A DNA stretch of 64,000 nucleotides, taken from NCBI RefSeq assembly GCF_001194135.2, contig NC_068981.1, positions 193,763,685-193,827,684 of the forward strand, read 5' to 3'. The notes under the pieces are model-generated. The model saw only the letters and a program-made list of their open reading frames with translations, had not been told where the DNA came from and did not search any database. Within the stretch, counting starts at the first letter, position 1, and each line of letters opens with the position of its first letter. A program made the translations under genes and the position numbers. This document shows, piece after piece, positions 49,890 through 62,722 of this stretch. The DNA comes from Octopus bimaculoides (Eukaryota).

Positions 49890-50150
49890 ACGACCTTTCC
49901 TAACAATATATATTGGATCATCCATTAAATAATGCGTTTTATTTTAATACTTCTTTTATTTTTCAAAATTAAGATAAACAAAGTTCTTTTTTAATCTAGA
50001 ATATACTTTCCTTCATTTTCTACAATGCTCTTCCATCTATCTTGTAGACTTGCAAGGCCCCTCTTCCAAAATTCACTTGTCCGTGATGAAAAATACTCCT
50101 CCCTGTCTACAGAATTCTGTCCAAATGATTTTGAAGACTGCAGAATAAAT
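49890..50150 (-). mobile_element. mariner 3' fragment
   Basis: The minus strand encodes EYFSSRTSEFWKRGLASLQDRWKSIVENEGKYILD*, followed by a TIR-like end at about 49890-49915. Confidence 0.75.
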
Positions 50151-50414
50151 GATAATCAGATGAGGCAATGTCCAACAAATATGGTGGTTGTTATCCAAGG
50201 GAACGGAAAAGGCCGATATAGCTTGGCACCTGTGACGTCTCAACTCATTTCTATAGCAGAGTGAACTGGAACAGGAAATAAAGTGTCTTGCTCAAGAACG
50301 CAACACACAGTCTGGTCCTGGAATCGAACTCACTACCTCATGATTGTGAGCCCGATGCTTTAACCACTGAGCCATGTGCCTTCACATATATATATATATA
50401 CATACATAGATAGA

Positions 50415-51040
50415 TATAGATTTAGATACAACTGTTGCTATTGAAGTATGGTTTACATTTTTCTAGGATCTTCCACTTTATGCTGTACTCGGTGGCACTT
50501 TCTTTCAAAGACCAAACATGCTTGGCCAGGGTTGTGGCATTACATCTCTCCGAGATGTTGAAGGAGGACTTGTGGATGTTATAGCAAGTTCTGAAGGGGC
50601 TTTCAGTTGTTCCAACGTACTTTCGCACATTCAGTTACCCATTTGACCCTATTGCTGTTATCTCCGCCTCAAATACAACAGTCTCCATGTTAGTAGCTGT
50701 TCAGTGGACATGTTGTGTTGTCCCTACATGAGCATCTCGTTTGTCTCAGGTGAGGACCTACCTACTAAAATCTTTTTTACATTGGGTGCACAGCTAAAAG
50801 AAATTCTCAAGGTGTGCTTATTGAATATTTTGTAGAACCTATTTGTACAGGGGGAGTGCTTATCTACTAAGCTAAGAAAAATCATACCTACTCAGGTTTT
50901 CACACTTAAAGAGAAGGGCAGTGTGAACTACAACACTTTCCGGTGGCGCTTTCTCTAGAGGGGTTAGGGCCTGACATATAACTAATTCTATCCTTGAAAC
51001 CACTACTGGCCAGAACTTCATATAAATATATACATACATC
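50415..51040 (-). mobile_element. Penelope-like element, GIY-YIG endonuclease region
   Basis: KHTLRISFSCAPNV linker, CPLN, and KYVGTTESPFRTCYNIHKSSF...NATTLAKHVWSLK...YSIKWKIL. Confidence 0.88.
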
Positions 51041-51117
51041 CATGTATACATATACACACAATATATATACACACATATATATCCATATACATATATATAC
51101 ATGTATATGTCCATATA

Positions 51118-51154
<37 letters not shown>

Positions 51155-51875
51155 NNNNNNNNNNNNNNNNNNNNNNNNNNNNNNNNNNNNNNNNNNNNNN
51201 NNNNNNNNNNNNNNNNNNNNNNNNNNNNNNNNNNNNNNNNNNNNNNNNNNNNNNNNNNNNNNNNNNNNNNNNNNNNNNNNNNNNNNNNNNNNNNNNNNNN
51301 NNNNNNNNNNNNNNNNNNNNNNNNNNNNNNNNNNNNNNNNNNNNNNNNNNNNNNNNNNNCATATATATACATGTATATGTCCATATATATATGTATATAT
51401 ATATATATATATATACATACACACACATATATATATATACATATATATATATCCATATGCATATATATACACACACACACACACATACATATCTATACAT
51501 AGTAATAATTAAGTACAATCCGGGAATGCAAGTGCAGGAAGTTAGCAATTTTTGAGCAAGTGTGTAATTAAAATACATCACAAAAGGTGAACAATATCTG
51601 ATAAAACTACTTTATTAATAATTTAAATTACACATTTCCTCAAACACTGAGATTAAAAAGAATTTTGATTAGCAGATAGTCATCGAACAACTCGTGGTTT
51701 AGCAACTAAAATAAGGCTGTGTGGTAAGCTGCTTGCTTACCAATCACATGGTTCCAGGTTCAACTCTACTGCATGGCACCTTGGGCAAGTGTCTTCTACT
51801 CTTGCCTCGGGCCGACCAAAGCCTTGTGAGTGGATTTGGTCAACGGAAACTGAAAGAAGCCCATTGTATATATAT

Positions 51876-52060
51876 AATAGTTGAAATTTACCAAAAAACA
51901 AAAGACAAAGACAGGTATATAAACAAAAAGCAAGTGTATTAGTTTGATGCTTGGAAAGGTGAGAAAGTCTTTTAGGTTTTGAGCCTATGCTCTTCAGCAG
52001 AAAGGAACATGAAGAAATAAAAAGAGAGAGAATAAAAAAGAACTTGTGGATTTAACGGTT
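51876..52060 (-). mobile_element. Short repeat with an HHR-like core variant
   Basis: Minus strand 52004-51969 reads CTTT-CTGCTGA-A-GAGC-ATAG-GCTC-AAAAC-CTA-AAAG. A partial duplicate at about 52700-52850 lacks the motif. Confidence 0.6.
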
Positions 52061-52293
52061 AATCATGTATATGTTTGTCCCTCCATTACTTGACAATCGA
52101 TGTAGGTGTGTTTACATCCCCATAACTTAGCGGTTTGGCAAAAGAGACTGATAGAATAAGTACTAGTCTTACAAAGAATAAGTCCTGGGATCAATTTGTT
52201 CGACTGAAGGCAAGTGTCTCCTACTATTGCCTCAGGCCAACCAAAGCCTTGTGAGTGGATTTGGTAGTCGGAAACTGAAAGAAGCCCATCATA

Positions 52294-52347
<54 letters not shown>

Positions 52348-52662
52348 NNNNNNNNNNNNNNNNNNNNNNNNNNNNNNNNNNNNNNNNNNNNNNNNNNNNN
52401 NNNNNNNNNNNNNNNNNNNNNNNNNNNNNNNNNNNNNNNNNNNNNNNNNNNNNNNNNNNNNNNNNNNNNNNNNNNNNNNNNNNNNNNNNNNNNNNNNNNN
52501 NNNNNNNNNNNNNNNNNNNNNNNNNNNNNNNNNNNNNNNNNNNNNNNNNNNNNNNNNNNNNNNNNNNNNNNNNNNNNNNNNNNNNNNNNNNNNNNNNNNN
52601 NNNNNNNNNNNNNNNNNNNNNNNNNNNNNNNNNNNNNNNNNNNNNNNNNNNNNNNNNNNNNN

Positions 52663-52707
<45 letters not shown>

Positions 52708-53309
52708 TTACTTGAAATTTTCAGAAAAACAAAAGACAAAGGCAGGTGTATAAACAACAAGCAGGTGTGTTAATTTGATGCTCAGGAAAGGAACACAAGG
52801 AAATAAACAGAGAGAGAATAAAAAACTTGTGGATGTAGCAGTCAATCATGTATATGTTTGTGTGTCTGTGTTTGTCCCTCCACCATCACTTGACAATCAA
52901 TGTTGATGTGTTTACGTTCCCATAACTTAATGGTTCAGCAAGAGAGACTGACAGAATAAGTACAAGGCTTACAAAGAATAAGTTCTGGGGTCGATTTGTT
53001 TGACTGAAGGCAGTGCTCCAGCGTGGCCACAGTCAAATGACTGAAACCAGTAAAAGAATAAAAGGATATAAAAGAATATCTTTTGTCTTTTACTTGTTTC
53101 ACTCATTAGACTGTGGCCATGCTGGGGCAATGCCTTGATGAATTTTTAGTCAAATGAATTGACCCTGGTACTTTATTTTAAGCTTAGTACTTGTTCTTAT
53201 CAATCTTTTTTGCCAAAATACTATACTATGGAGACGTTAAAACACCAACACCCACTGTCAAGCAATGGTGGGGGACAAACACGGACACACACACACACAC
53301 ACATTGATA

Positions 53310-54111
53310 TATGCTTTTAAAAGCAAAATCTCAGGGGAAGAATGTACAACTCAACATAAGCTAGTGATAAGTGACTTTAAGCTTAGGGCCAGAAAGATCC
53401 TGAGATGCAAAGCCAATATGGAAAAGCTCAAAGACCCTCCAAATGGGTAGAGATGTAGAGATGTCCTCAATGAGGCCTTTGATGAGAAGGAGGGAGAGAC
53501 AGAACCATATGGCAACTGATTTTCTACAGGACAATCTACTAAGGGCAACAGACCGAATTTGTGGTTGGAGCAAAGCCTCTACCAGACCAAAGGTAATGCT
53601 GCGAGGACCATAAAAGAGAAGTGACGGGTCTGGACAGAGCAGAAAAAGAGGGGGTAGTAGCAAAGAATGATATCAGAAGACTAAAAGGGAGGCTTGACGT
53701 CAGGTCTGTCTAGCTAGGGTAGAAGCAGAAATGAAGAGGTTTGCCAATGTCATACAGCGTGAAGATCAGAGATTTGAATTGTTCTGGACTGCCAGACAGT
53801 GTTTCAGTGAGAACTGAGATATTGTAGGAGAGAAGTGGGTGTGGATGGATAATGGTGGCATTTTGTGATGTGGACAAGAAAGGAGTGTGGAAAAGTTACT
53901 ATGCGAGACTGTCGAATGTAGAGAATGAATGGGATAAAAGGAATCTCCCTCATGTGAGCCCAACAGAGGGACCAGCTATCCTAGTGGACAGCAGTATGGT
54001 AGATGAGACAATTAAAAAACATGAAAACCAGGAAAACTTCTGGTCCATCTGGAATCACATGGTAGGATACGGGCTGGTCACCAAGATTCTGAGTTTGATT
54101 CCAGGCAGTGA

Positions 54112-54164
<53 letters not shown>

Positions 54165-56117
54165 TCGCAAAAATACCTTCGGAATGAGAACCCAGGTTTG
54201 AAATTTCCCCCAAGACACCTGATGAAGGCTGGAGGGTGTATCAGCCGAAACATTGTGTTAACAACAAACAAGATGAGGAGAAATATCCATCAAATGTAAA
54301 TAATGTAAATAATGTACATAATTCCTCATTTCTTAAATATAGAACCCTATGTCACCCATATTGTTAATTAGATCATTCAAGGTGTAACACCCAATCACTA
54401 GCATAGCAGCATAATTGTTAGCTGCTACATAGGTAAGGGTGATGCATTAGATAGAAGCAACTATAGAGGCATCAGACTCCTGGACAATGTGATGAAAATT
54501 ACAGAGTGAGTTATTGTCCAATTAATTCAGAGCAGAATCAGGCAAGACGAAATGCAGTTTAGCTTCGTCTGGGGAAGAAGCACTACTGACACTATTTTCA
54601 TAGTCAGGAGAAGTACAAGAGAAGTACTTAGCTAAGAACGAACCATTATACTTGGCATTCGTTGATCTAGAGAAAGCCTTCAACAGAGTTCCCTGCTGTG
54701 TGATATGGTGGGCTCTGAGGAGACTAGGGATAGACCAGTGGCTGATGAAAGCTGTACAGGCCATGTACAAGGACACTGTCAGTACTGTGAGAGTTAACAA
54801 TAAGTATAGCAAAGAATTTGGTGTACAGGTAGGGGTTTATCAAGGCTCAATCTTTAGTCTCCAGCTTTTAATCATTGTCCTTCAGGCCATAACAGAGGAA
54901 TTCAAGATTAGCAACCCCTGGGAACTACTCTATGTTGATGATCTTGCCCTCATAGCAGATTCCATATCAGAGCTAGAAGAGAAATTCCAAGTGTGAAAGC
55001 AAAACCTGGAATCTAAGGTCCTAGTAAGCAAGAAAACTGACAGGACCCTACCCCTGTCAGGTAGGTGGCCCTGTTCAATTTGTAGGGAAGATGTAGGCAG
55101 GAACTTCATGTGGTGTACTCAATGCAAGCTATGGACACACAAAAGGTGCAGTGGATTAATAGGAAGGTTATCAGAGAAGATGGTTTTTGTATGCAGAAAA
55201 TGCACAGGATCCATAAAAACTACAGAGACTCAGTAAATAGATTCTCTCAAATGCGCTGGTGGCTCATTAAAGGTTGTAGATAATTTCTGCTATCTAGGGG
55301 ACTAAATTGATAGTGGGAGAAGATTCAGAGAAAGTGTGATAGCTAGAATAAGAATAGGATGGCATAAATTCAGAGAACTATTACTTCTGTTGGCCATGAA
55401 AGGTTTCTCTCTCTGAGTGAAAGGGAGATTGCATGATGCAGGCATACGGACAGCAATTCTACATGGTAGCAAGACATGGGCCCTGAATGCAGAGGACATG
55501 CAAAGGTTAGAAAGGAATGGGATTTGTATGCTCCACTGGATGTGTAATGTAAGTGTAAATGTTCAACAGTCTTTTGAGAGAGGAGTTAGGCATAAGAGGA
55601 ATTGGTTATTGTGTGCAAGAGAGGAGACTGCACTGGATACCAACAGCTCCATAAAAGAAGCGCCAATATCTCATAGTGGATGGATCACGTGGAAGTGGGA
55701 GACCCAGGAAGACATGGGATGAAGTACTGAAGAACAACCTCAGGAAGCTGAACCTTTCAGGTGAGATGACAAAGGACCAGGTCACCTGGCACCTTGCTGT
55801 ACTCAAGAAGACCCATGCCTCGCCGCAGAAATGTTAGCCCTGGTTCCTTTGGTGATCTAAAGCACTTCTGACAGTGCCATGTAAAGCGCCCATGTGGTGC
55901 CTCATTAAAGTGATCATGCAGCACCACATAAAAGAGCCCGTGTGGTGTCATGTAAAAGCGACCAGCACACTCTGTGAAAATAGTTGGCATCAGGAAGAAC
56001 AGAAACCATCATGCCAAATCAAACTGGAGTCTGGTTCAGCCTTCCAGCTGGCCAGCCCTGGTCAAACTGTCCAACCCATGCCAGCATGGACAACAGGCAT
56101 TAAATGATGATGATGAT
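53310..56117 (+). mobile_element. Longest RTE LINE relic (endonuclease end, RT, 3' UTR), interrupted by the HHR-SINE
   Basis: TTQHKLVISDF, MAFVDLEKAFNRVP, VGVYQGSIFS and PWELLYVDDL, with a GAT tail at about 56105-56117. Confidence 0.92.
54083..54345 (+). mobile_element. 5'-truncated HHR-bearing SINE inside the RTE
   Basis: B-box remnant GAGTTTGATTCC, then (AAT)n, GACAC-CTGATGA-A-GGCTG...CAGCC-GAAAC-ATT-GTGTT (54214-54259) and an (ATGTAAATA)n tail. GTCACC is duplicated at 54077 and 54351. Confidence 0.88.
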
Positions 56118-56509
56118 ATGTGTGTGTGCCCGATAGGTTTCTTTCTACCAGATCCACTCATCACAAGGTCTTGGTTGGTCCGAGGCTAATGTAGAAGACA
56201 CTTGCCCAAGATGCCACACAGTGGGATTGAACCAGGAACCATGTGGTTGGGAAGCAAACTTCTTACAACAAAGCCATGCTGTACATACACACACACATAT
56301 ATTACACACACATATGTATTAAACACGCACACACATATATTACACACACACACACACATATATATTACACACACACATATATATATATATTACATATACA
56401 CACACACACTTTGCCCGGTGTCACAGTATCTTTCCGCTCTGTTTGCTTTCCCCGACCTGCGTGTTCTACCCACATTCCTTGTCTCACTCTATTATTGCCA
56501 TCTGCTGGC

Positions 56510-57425
56510 TCCTGACCTGGGTGTTCCACCCACACGAAACAAGAAAACTTTTCCCTCATCCTACCCCAACAAACCAATCTACATCTCTTCTCTTGCATTT
56601 CCTCCTTCATTCACTTTGCCTAGCTCTCATTACCCAATCCTGTCCTCACACCCCTGTTCTTCTGTACCATTACTAACAGGTAGCCCTAAAACTCTATATA
56701 TACCCAGGTCTTTTGCCAATTACTCACACTCTTTAATCGCACTCCCTTCACAATAGCCTATCACTTATATAATGGCATTTGAAACGCAGGAGTAAGTCTT
56801 GGCACTTGCCCTTATCAATATCTCTCTCTTCCTTTACTCAACCATCTCATTTATACTGATCCCCATTCCTTTTGCCAGCATCTCCATCCTGTGGTCTCCC
56901 ACTCTCTCTCTCTCTCCTCCTACACTTCCTTCAGGTCGGGCAATTGTGTATTTTCTTTGTGGTAGCAAACCTGTTTCTGTCTTCATTCCTGATCTTCCTC
57001 TCTCCAGCCAGGTAACCTTGTACTTCCTCTTCAGCAAGACACCTGTATCTGTCTCACTATAACCTTTTCCACATCACCTCCTCCCCTCTTAAAAATTATT
57101 GTCTTGCAAATACTTGGTGACCCTGTCAGTGCAGGTGCCACTTAAAAAGCACCCAGTCCACACTGTAAAGTGGTTGGCATTTGGAAAGGCATCCAGCTGT
57201 AAAAACCTTGCCAAAACTGACCTCGCCTGTGCTTGTGCCACATAAAAAGCACTAAGTCCACTCTGCTGAATGGTTGGTGTTAGGAAGGGCATCCTGCTGT
57301 AAGAATCCTGCCAAAACAGTCACAGAACCCCGGTGCAGGCTTCGGCCTGGCCAGCTCTTGTGGTAACGTCCCACCCATGCTAGTGTGGAACACCAACGTT
57401 AAATGATGATGATGATGATGATGAT
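56510..57425 (+). repeat. About 930-bp composite repeat, copy 2
   Basis: Colinear with 35590-36525. Confidence 0.85.
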
Positions 57426-59646
57426 GATATATACACGCAGAGAGAATATGTATAGGTGAACTTCCGTAATATAAGTTTTTCCATCTTTTTTACTTTAACA
57501 GTTTTATTTAATTATATTTTAAGTTAATAAACATTACATTTTAACAAGTAGCACTTGCTTCAACGTTTCGTAATAGCCCCATGAAATGTGATAAAAGTGA
57601 AATAATATTCCTATGTACAACAGGTCGTATTTCTCATTTTTATCTACAGGCCATACTATGCACGGTGGGAAAAGTATAAAGTATATCTGAACGAAGATGT
57701 TCCAGCCGGGACCATTCTATCTTTCAATCCCATCCATCGGCCAGAATAGAACAATAATGTAGTTCTTTGTCCTTTTTTTTTATGTAAAAAGTCAGTATGA
57801 CGCGATTTACGAGTGATTTGGTTGCTATTTCTAGCAGGCTAAGCGACCAAATAAGTAGCAACTTAATTGGTTTTATTGCAGCTATAGTATACAGTGGTGG
57901 CGATGGTGAGTTATGACTGATGAGTGTTAATGTTGTAAGCTGTTGAACAAGAGGTTTTCTAGCACGCACACACACACATATACATGTTTCATAGCGAGCG
58001 GAACCACGGAAGTAGTAGTAATACATACATACAAACTTTTGTACATACATACATACATACAAACTTTTGTACGTACATACATACAAACTTTTGTATGTAC
58101 ATACATACATGCATGCATGCATGATTAAAAGTGTGTCTATATTATAATTCTATTCGATAGCAATCCTTGACTGGTAGCTTAGTTGACTGCGAAAGACTGA
58201 AGGGCAAAGCTGACCATGGCAGGATCCGAAAGTCCCGACTTGCCCCTTCTACCAGTTCACCTCTTGGTACATACGTCTTTCTCTTTCTTGGTCACTGAAA
58301 GAAAGCAGCAAACATTTTGTTTTCTGTTGACAACTTAACACGGTTGAAAGGCAGGCAGTATAATGTCCGCTTTCTTAGTCACTCATATTTTGTTTGGTCC
58401 CTCTGTTTTACGCTTCTTTCTCGAAAATAATAGCATACAAACAAAATAACATCACTGCTCTTACTATGATTGAGAGCAAGCAGTAAAAAAATTGCTTTAC
58501 CTTTCTTTCTCTTGACCACTTTAGACCAAGAAATGAAGGAATGCGAAGTAAAAGTAAATATGACTACAAGGAATCTAGTGAAAATTATCAATAACCAATT
58601 ATATATTACACAAAAGTTATTTATTGTGGAAAAATAGTAAGGCATACAGTACATGCATTGCATACATAGATCCTTCGCCCTTGAAGTCTTCTATTATATA
58701 ATTCCAGTCACAAATTAGATACAATACCCGTTAGAAGAGAAATCGAGACTGGAAAACGAAAAGCAAATTTGATCTCAGCGAGATTTGAACTCAAAACTTG
58801 AAATATTTAGATCCTGCAAAATAGATTACCAATCCACAAATAGAGTTCCTATTTTATATCAAAATATGGAGAGAAAAAAACCTAAATACCTAATATATAC
58901 ATACATATATACACACAAGTGTGTATGTGATATCTGGGTAGGGTAGAAACTTTGGCAGGGTAATACTTGGTGCTCTTCGGAGTAGTTCGTCCGCTTTGGT
59001 CCTCACCAAACACCCATCTCTCACCCGTGGCCGCTCGAAGTTGTTTACTTACAACAACGGCCACAACCCGGGCAGTGGCTTCCATAGCTCTACTTATACC
59101 ATGGTGAGGGTAGCCAACGGCTCTCAAATCCTCGTTGAGCTACGGTTTGTCTACACGTACATACATGTATGTAGGTACGTACGTACGTATGTATGTGTGC
59201 GTGCGTTGCTAATGTTTGTTTTTTAAGTTGTTAAAATGAAAGCAATTTAACATTAAACTGAAGCATTACTCAATACTTGTTATAGAGTACATATACTTTT
59301 ACAAGAGCAATGGTGATAGTAACTTCGAAGTTTCAGTCTGCTAGCCTTCGTTGGACTGTCCGAAATCACTGTCATCTTTCTTGTAGAGTTTGAACTTCGC
59401 CTAGGTCGACATGCTGAGTCAGTCGAGAAAAAACAAGTTTTTAGATCGATTTTATCGAATCCACTGGAGTCTTTGTGTCGTAGCCTTCGCGGATATTTTT
59501 CGTGTGCGTGTATGTTTATGTGTAGATATATAGATAGATAGTGTGCGAGACAAAGACAGGCACACAATAGGAGAGAGAAAGAATAAGAGAGAGATTGTTC
59601 TATTGGACAAACGTTTGATGAGGGTTGGGGAAAAAAACTCACTTAC

Positions 59647-59741
59647 CTGGGGTTATGGAGATATATATCAGCTTCGATGAGTAAAATGCCTGACAAGAAC
59701 ACCACCACCTGACATATAAACCCATATCGCTTCGTTTCCAT
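59647..59741 (-). CDS. DD3-3: First coding exon of a secreted protein, probably DD3-3-like
   Basis: ATG at 59741 gives METKRYGFICQVVVFLSGILLIEADIYLHNP + AG|GTAAGTGAG (95 nt, phase 2). It is a hydrophobic signal peptide ending in EA, then DIYLHNP, with AG able to begin an Arg codon as in the DD3-3 start D[IV]Y[LM]HNPRGSNNRL. The exon is well supported; the identity rests on this short motif, and no downstream exon was found in the window. Confidence 0.65.
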
Positions 59742-60242
59742 TTACACAAAATAAATGTCTCGTTTAAGTCCCCCTCTCTCTCCCGTTGTTTATCTATTCG
59801 GTCCTTCCTTCGTTTATGTTTTGTATCTTATCTTTGTTACAATTAACTCAAATCTTTTCTTTCTTTCTCCTTTGTTTCTTTAGTTTTCCTATGACGCATT
59901 TTTTTAAACTTTTATCCACGCTGTTTCCTTTTCTGTCTCTCTCTCTCTCTCTCTTTCATTCCACCCTCAGGAGGGTGTGTGAGGTCAAACTATTCAATAA
60001 TGTAGTTCTCTCTCTCTCTCTCTCGCCTTCTCTCTTTGTCTATATAACAGGAGTGTACATAAAAGTGTATATTTGGCGCAACACCCCCCCCCCATCCCTA
60101 TCAAATTCTCGGTGGCTAAACATGTATGTAAGCTCAAGCATGGCTGTGTGAGTAACAAGGTCACTTCGCAACTATCTTGTTTCCGGTTCAGTCCCCAACT
60201 AAACGGCATTTTGAGCAAGTGTGTTCTTCTAATAGTGAATAA

Positions 60243-62550
60243 CACTGGACATGCATTTTTTTTCAAGTTTCTGTCGCATGAGATCTTTCTTACTGATTCT
60301 GTTGTTTTTGTAATTTCAAATCTGTCATCGGTTTTGCTCGCCGTACTCTAGATTTCTTGCAATTTGAAGATGAACTTTTTATACATTTATAGTTAAATTG
60401 GACAGATTGAGATACATATATCCTACTTACAAAGAATTAACAATTTTGTTAATTCTTTGTTTTTTGTGTTTTTCCAGATCTGATCATGCATGGCTTCTTC
60501 AAGTAGACATAGATGTGTGCAGTATGAGTGATCCTGATGGCTTCACACTTATTCGTCAAAGATGCAATATCACTTTGTATGTGAGACGGGCTTCGGAGTT
60601 CCCAAGACAAAAAATAGGCCCCTCATGTTGTGTCATAACTGTGAGGAAATGCTACGTGACTGGACAAAAGGAAAGCGAAGGGCTTATCGTTTGGAGTTCC
60701 TATGGTTTGGCGGGAGCCCAAGGGAACACAAGTGACTGTTATTCTTATATGGTCAACGCAAAAACATCAGCAAGAAAAATAGATGAAAAATATATTATTC
60801 CAGCATTCCTTCAGCAATTTGACCTATTATACACTCTGAGACACTCTCGATTCCAATTTTCCTTGGGTTTACCCCTTCCGAAGACGAAGCTAGCAAACAA
60901 GCTAGCAATCAAGAAATTATATCAGAATTCCAAGACCCATGGTACCGAAAAATCAACTCTTCAATAGTTTGGCTAAATGATTTAATGCCTGATTTTGAAC
61001 TCTCCAACACTGCAGCTGAAGTTCTAGTGTCCTGATTGCAAGAAAAACATCTACTTGACCAAACTGCAAAAGCTTCTTATTTTCGAAGCCGGGACCATAT
61101 TTTTGTGTCATTTATTTATTTATTCATTCATTTATTTTTCAGAAGAGAAACGCTTTGTTTACTGCCACAACATGTCTGGTCTTCTCCAGGAATTAGGAAT
61201 CCCTTCGTACAGTTCAACTGATTGGCGACTATTTTTAGATAGTTCTAGGCGCATCTTAAAGTGAGTTCTCCTACATAATGGCAATGTTTATGAAGCTGTC
61301 CTAGTTGATCACACAAGAAGAATACAATGACATAAAAATGGTTATTGACCAACTAAAATATGAACATACCATTTGTGTAGATCTGAAAATGGTCGATTTC
61401 CTCCTCAGCCAACAGAAAGGTTTCACAAAGTACCCTTGCTATCTCTGCATGTGGGACAGCCGAGCTCAAGAGAAACACTGGATTTAGAAGAAGTGGCTCA
61501 TTCGTGAGACTCTGGTAGCAACTATGTCAAATATTACGAATGATCCAATTGTCAGTCGAGAAACAATTATTTTTCCCACCATTCCATATAAAGCTAGGCT
61601 TGATGAAACAATTCACTAAGGCATTTAATACTGATGGCGAACGTTTTCAACACATAGTCACTGCATTTCCTGATTTGTCATTCGAGAATATCAAAGCATA
61701 TCTCAGATTTGTGCCCTTGTATGTGATAAGAAATCTGTTAGAAAGATGAATGACGAGGGAAGAGCAGTATGGCTATCATTTGTAGCAGTCTTAAAAACAT
61801 TTTCTTGAAAGCAGAAAAGCAGATGACTATGAAATTCTCGTAAATATTATGCTGTTGGCTTTCTATAATCTTGGGTGTGACATGAGCATTAAACTCCATT
61901 TCCTGCAAAGTGACCTCGATCAATTCCCTGGAAACCGTGAAGATGTAAGTGACAAACAAAGAAAGCGCTTCCACCAAAACCGCAGGATCATGAGAGAGCG
62001 TTATCAGGAGCGAAGGGACAAAAACATGATGGCAGACGACAGCGAGCTGGCAGAAACGTTAGCACGCTGGACGAAATGCTTAGCGTTATTTCGTCTGCCG
62101 CTACGTTGTGAGTTCAAATTCCACCGAGGTCGACTTTGCCTTTCATCCTTTCAGAGTCGATAAACTAAGTACCAGTTACGTACTGGGATTGATGTAATCG
62201 ACTTAATCTCTTTATGTGTCCTTGTTTGTCCCCTCTATGTTTAGCCCCTTGCGGGCAATAAAGAAATAAAAAACATGATGGCAGACTACTGCTGGAGCAT
62301 TAAACGAAATTTCCCTACGAAAGTCTACAAACGTAAGGGCTCCAAGCGCAACTTTTTGTCTGAATAAGATCTATCGTTGTTCTATCTTCCGTCCCAATCT
62401 GTTTCTCAACTATGTACACCTCTCATTTGTATATAATATATATATTCAACTGAAAAGCAAATGGCGAAAAAACTGGCACAAGATAACATTTATTTTACTC
62501 AGCATCAGAATACGAAATTTTTTTTGTAGCTTAATTTTTATTGTGGTGCA
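60243..62550 (+). mobile_element. Chapaev3-like (CMC) DNA transposon, degenerate
   Basis: VWREP..DCY..MV, WRLFLDSSRRILK*VLLHNGN, ICVDLKMVDFLLSQQKGFTKYPCYLCMWDSRA, PPFHIKLGLMKQF, LHFLQSDLDQFP and MMADYCWSIKR. Ends are approximate. Confidence 0.82.
62038..62268 (+). mobile_element. SINE B inserted in the Chapaev3-like transposase
   Basis: 18-bp TSD AAAAACATGATGGCAGAC at 62020-62037 and 62269-62286. Removing the insert restores DKNMMADYCW. Confidence 0.92.
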
Positions 62551-62722
62551 CTAATTCGTACATATGAGTGAAGTTNNNNNNNNNNNNNNNNNNNNNNNNN
62601 NNNNNNNNNNNNNNNNNNNNNNNNNNNNNNNNNNNNNNNNNNNNNNNNNNNNNNNNNNNNNNNNNNNNNNNNNNNNNNNNNNNNNNNNNNNNNNNNNNNN
62701 NNNNNNNNNNNNNNNNNNTACA

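Noticed and set aside
60398-62163. Cluster of ORFs as a novel host gene
   Set aside because: They are frameshifted pieces of one Chapaev3-like transposase.
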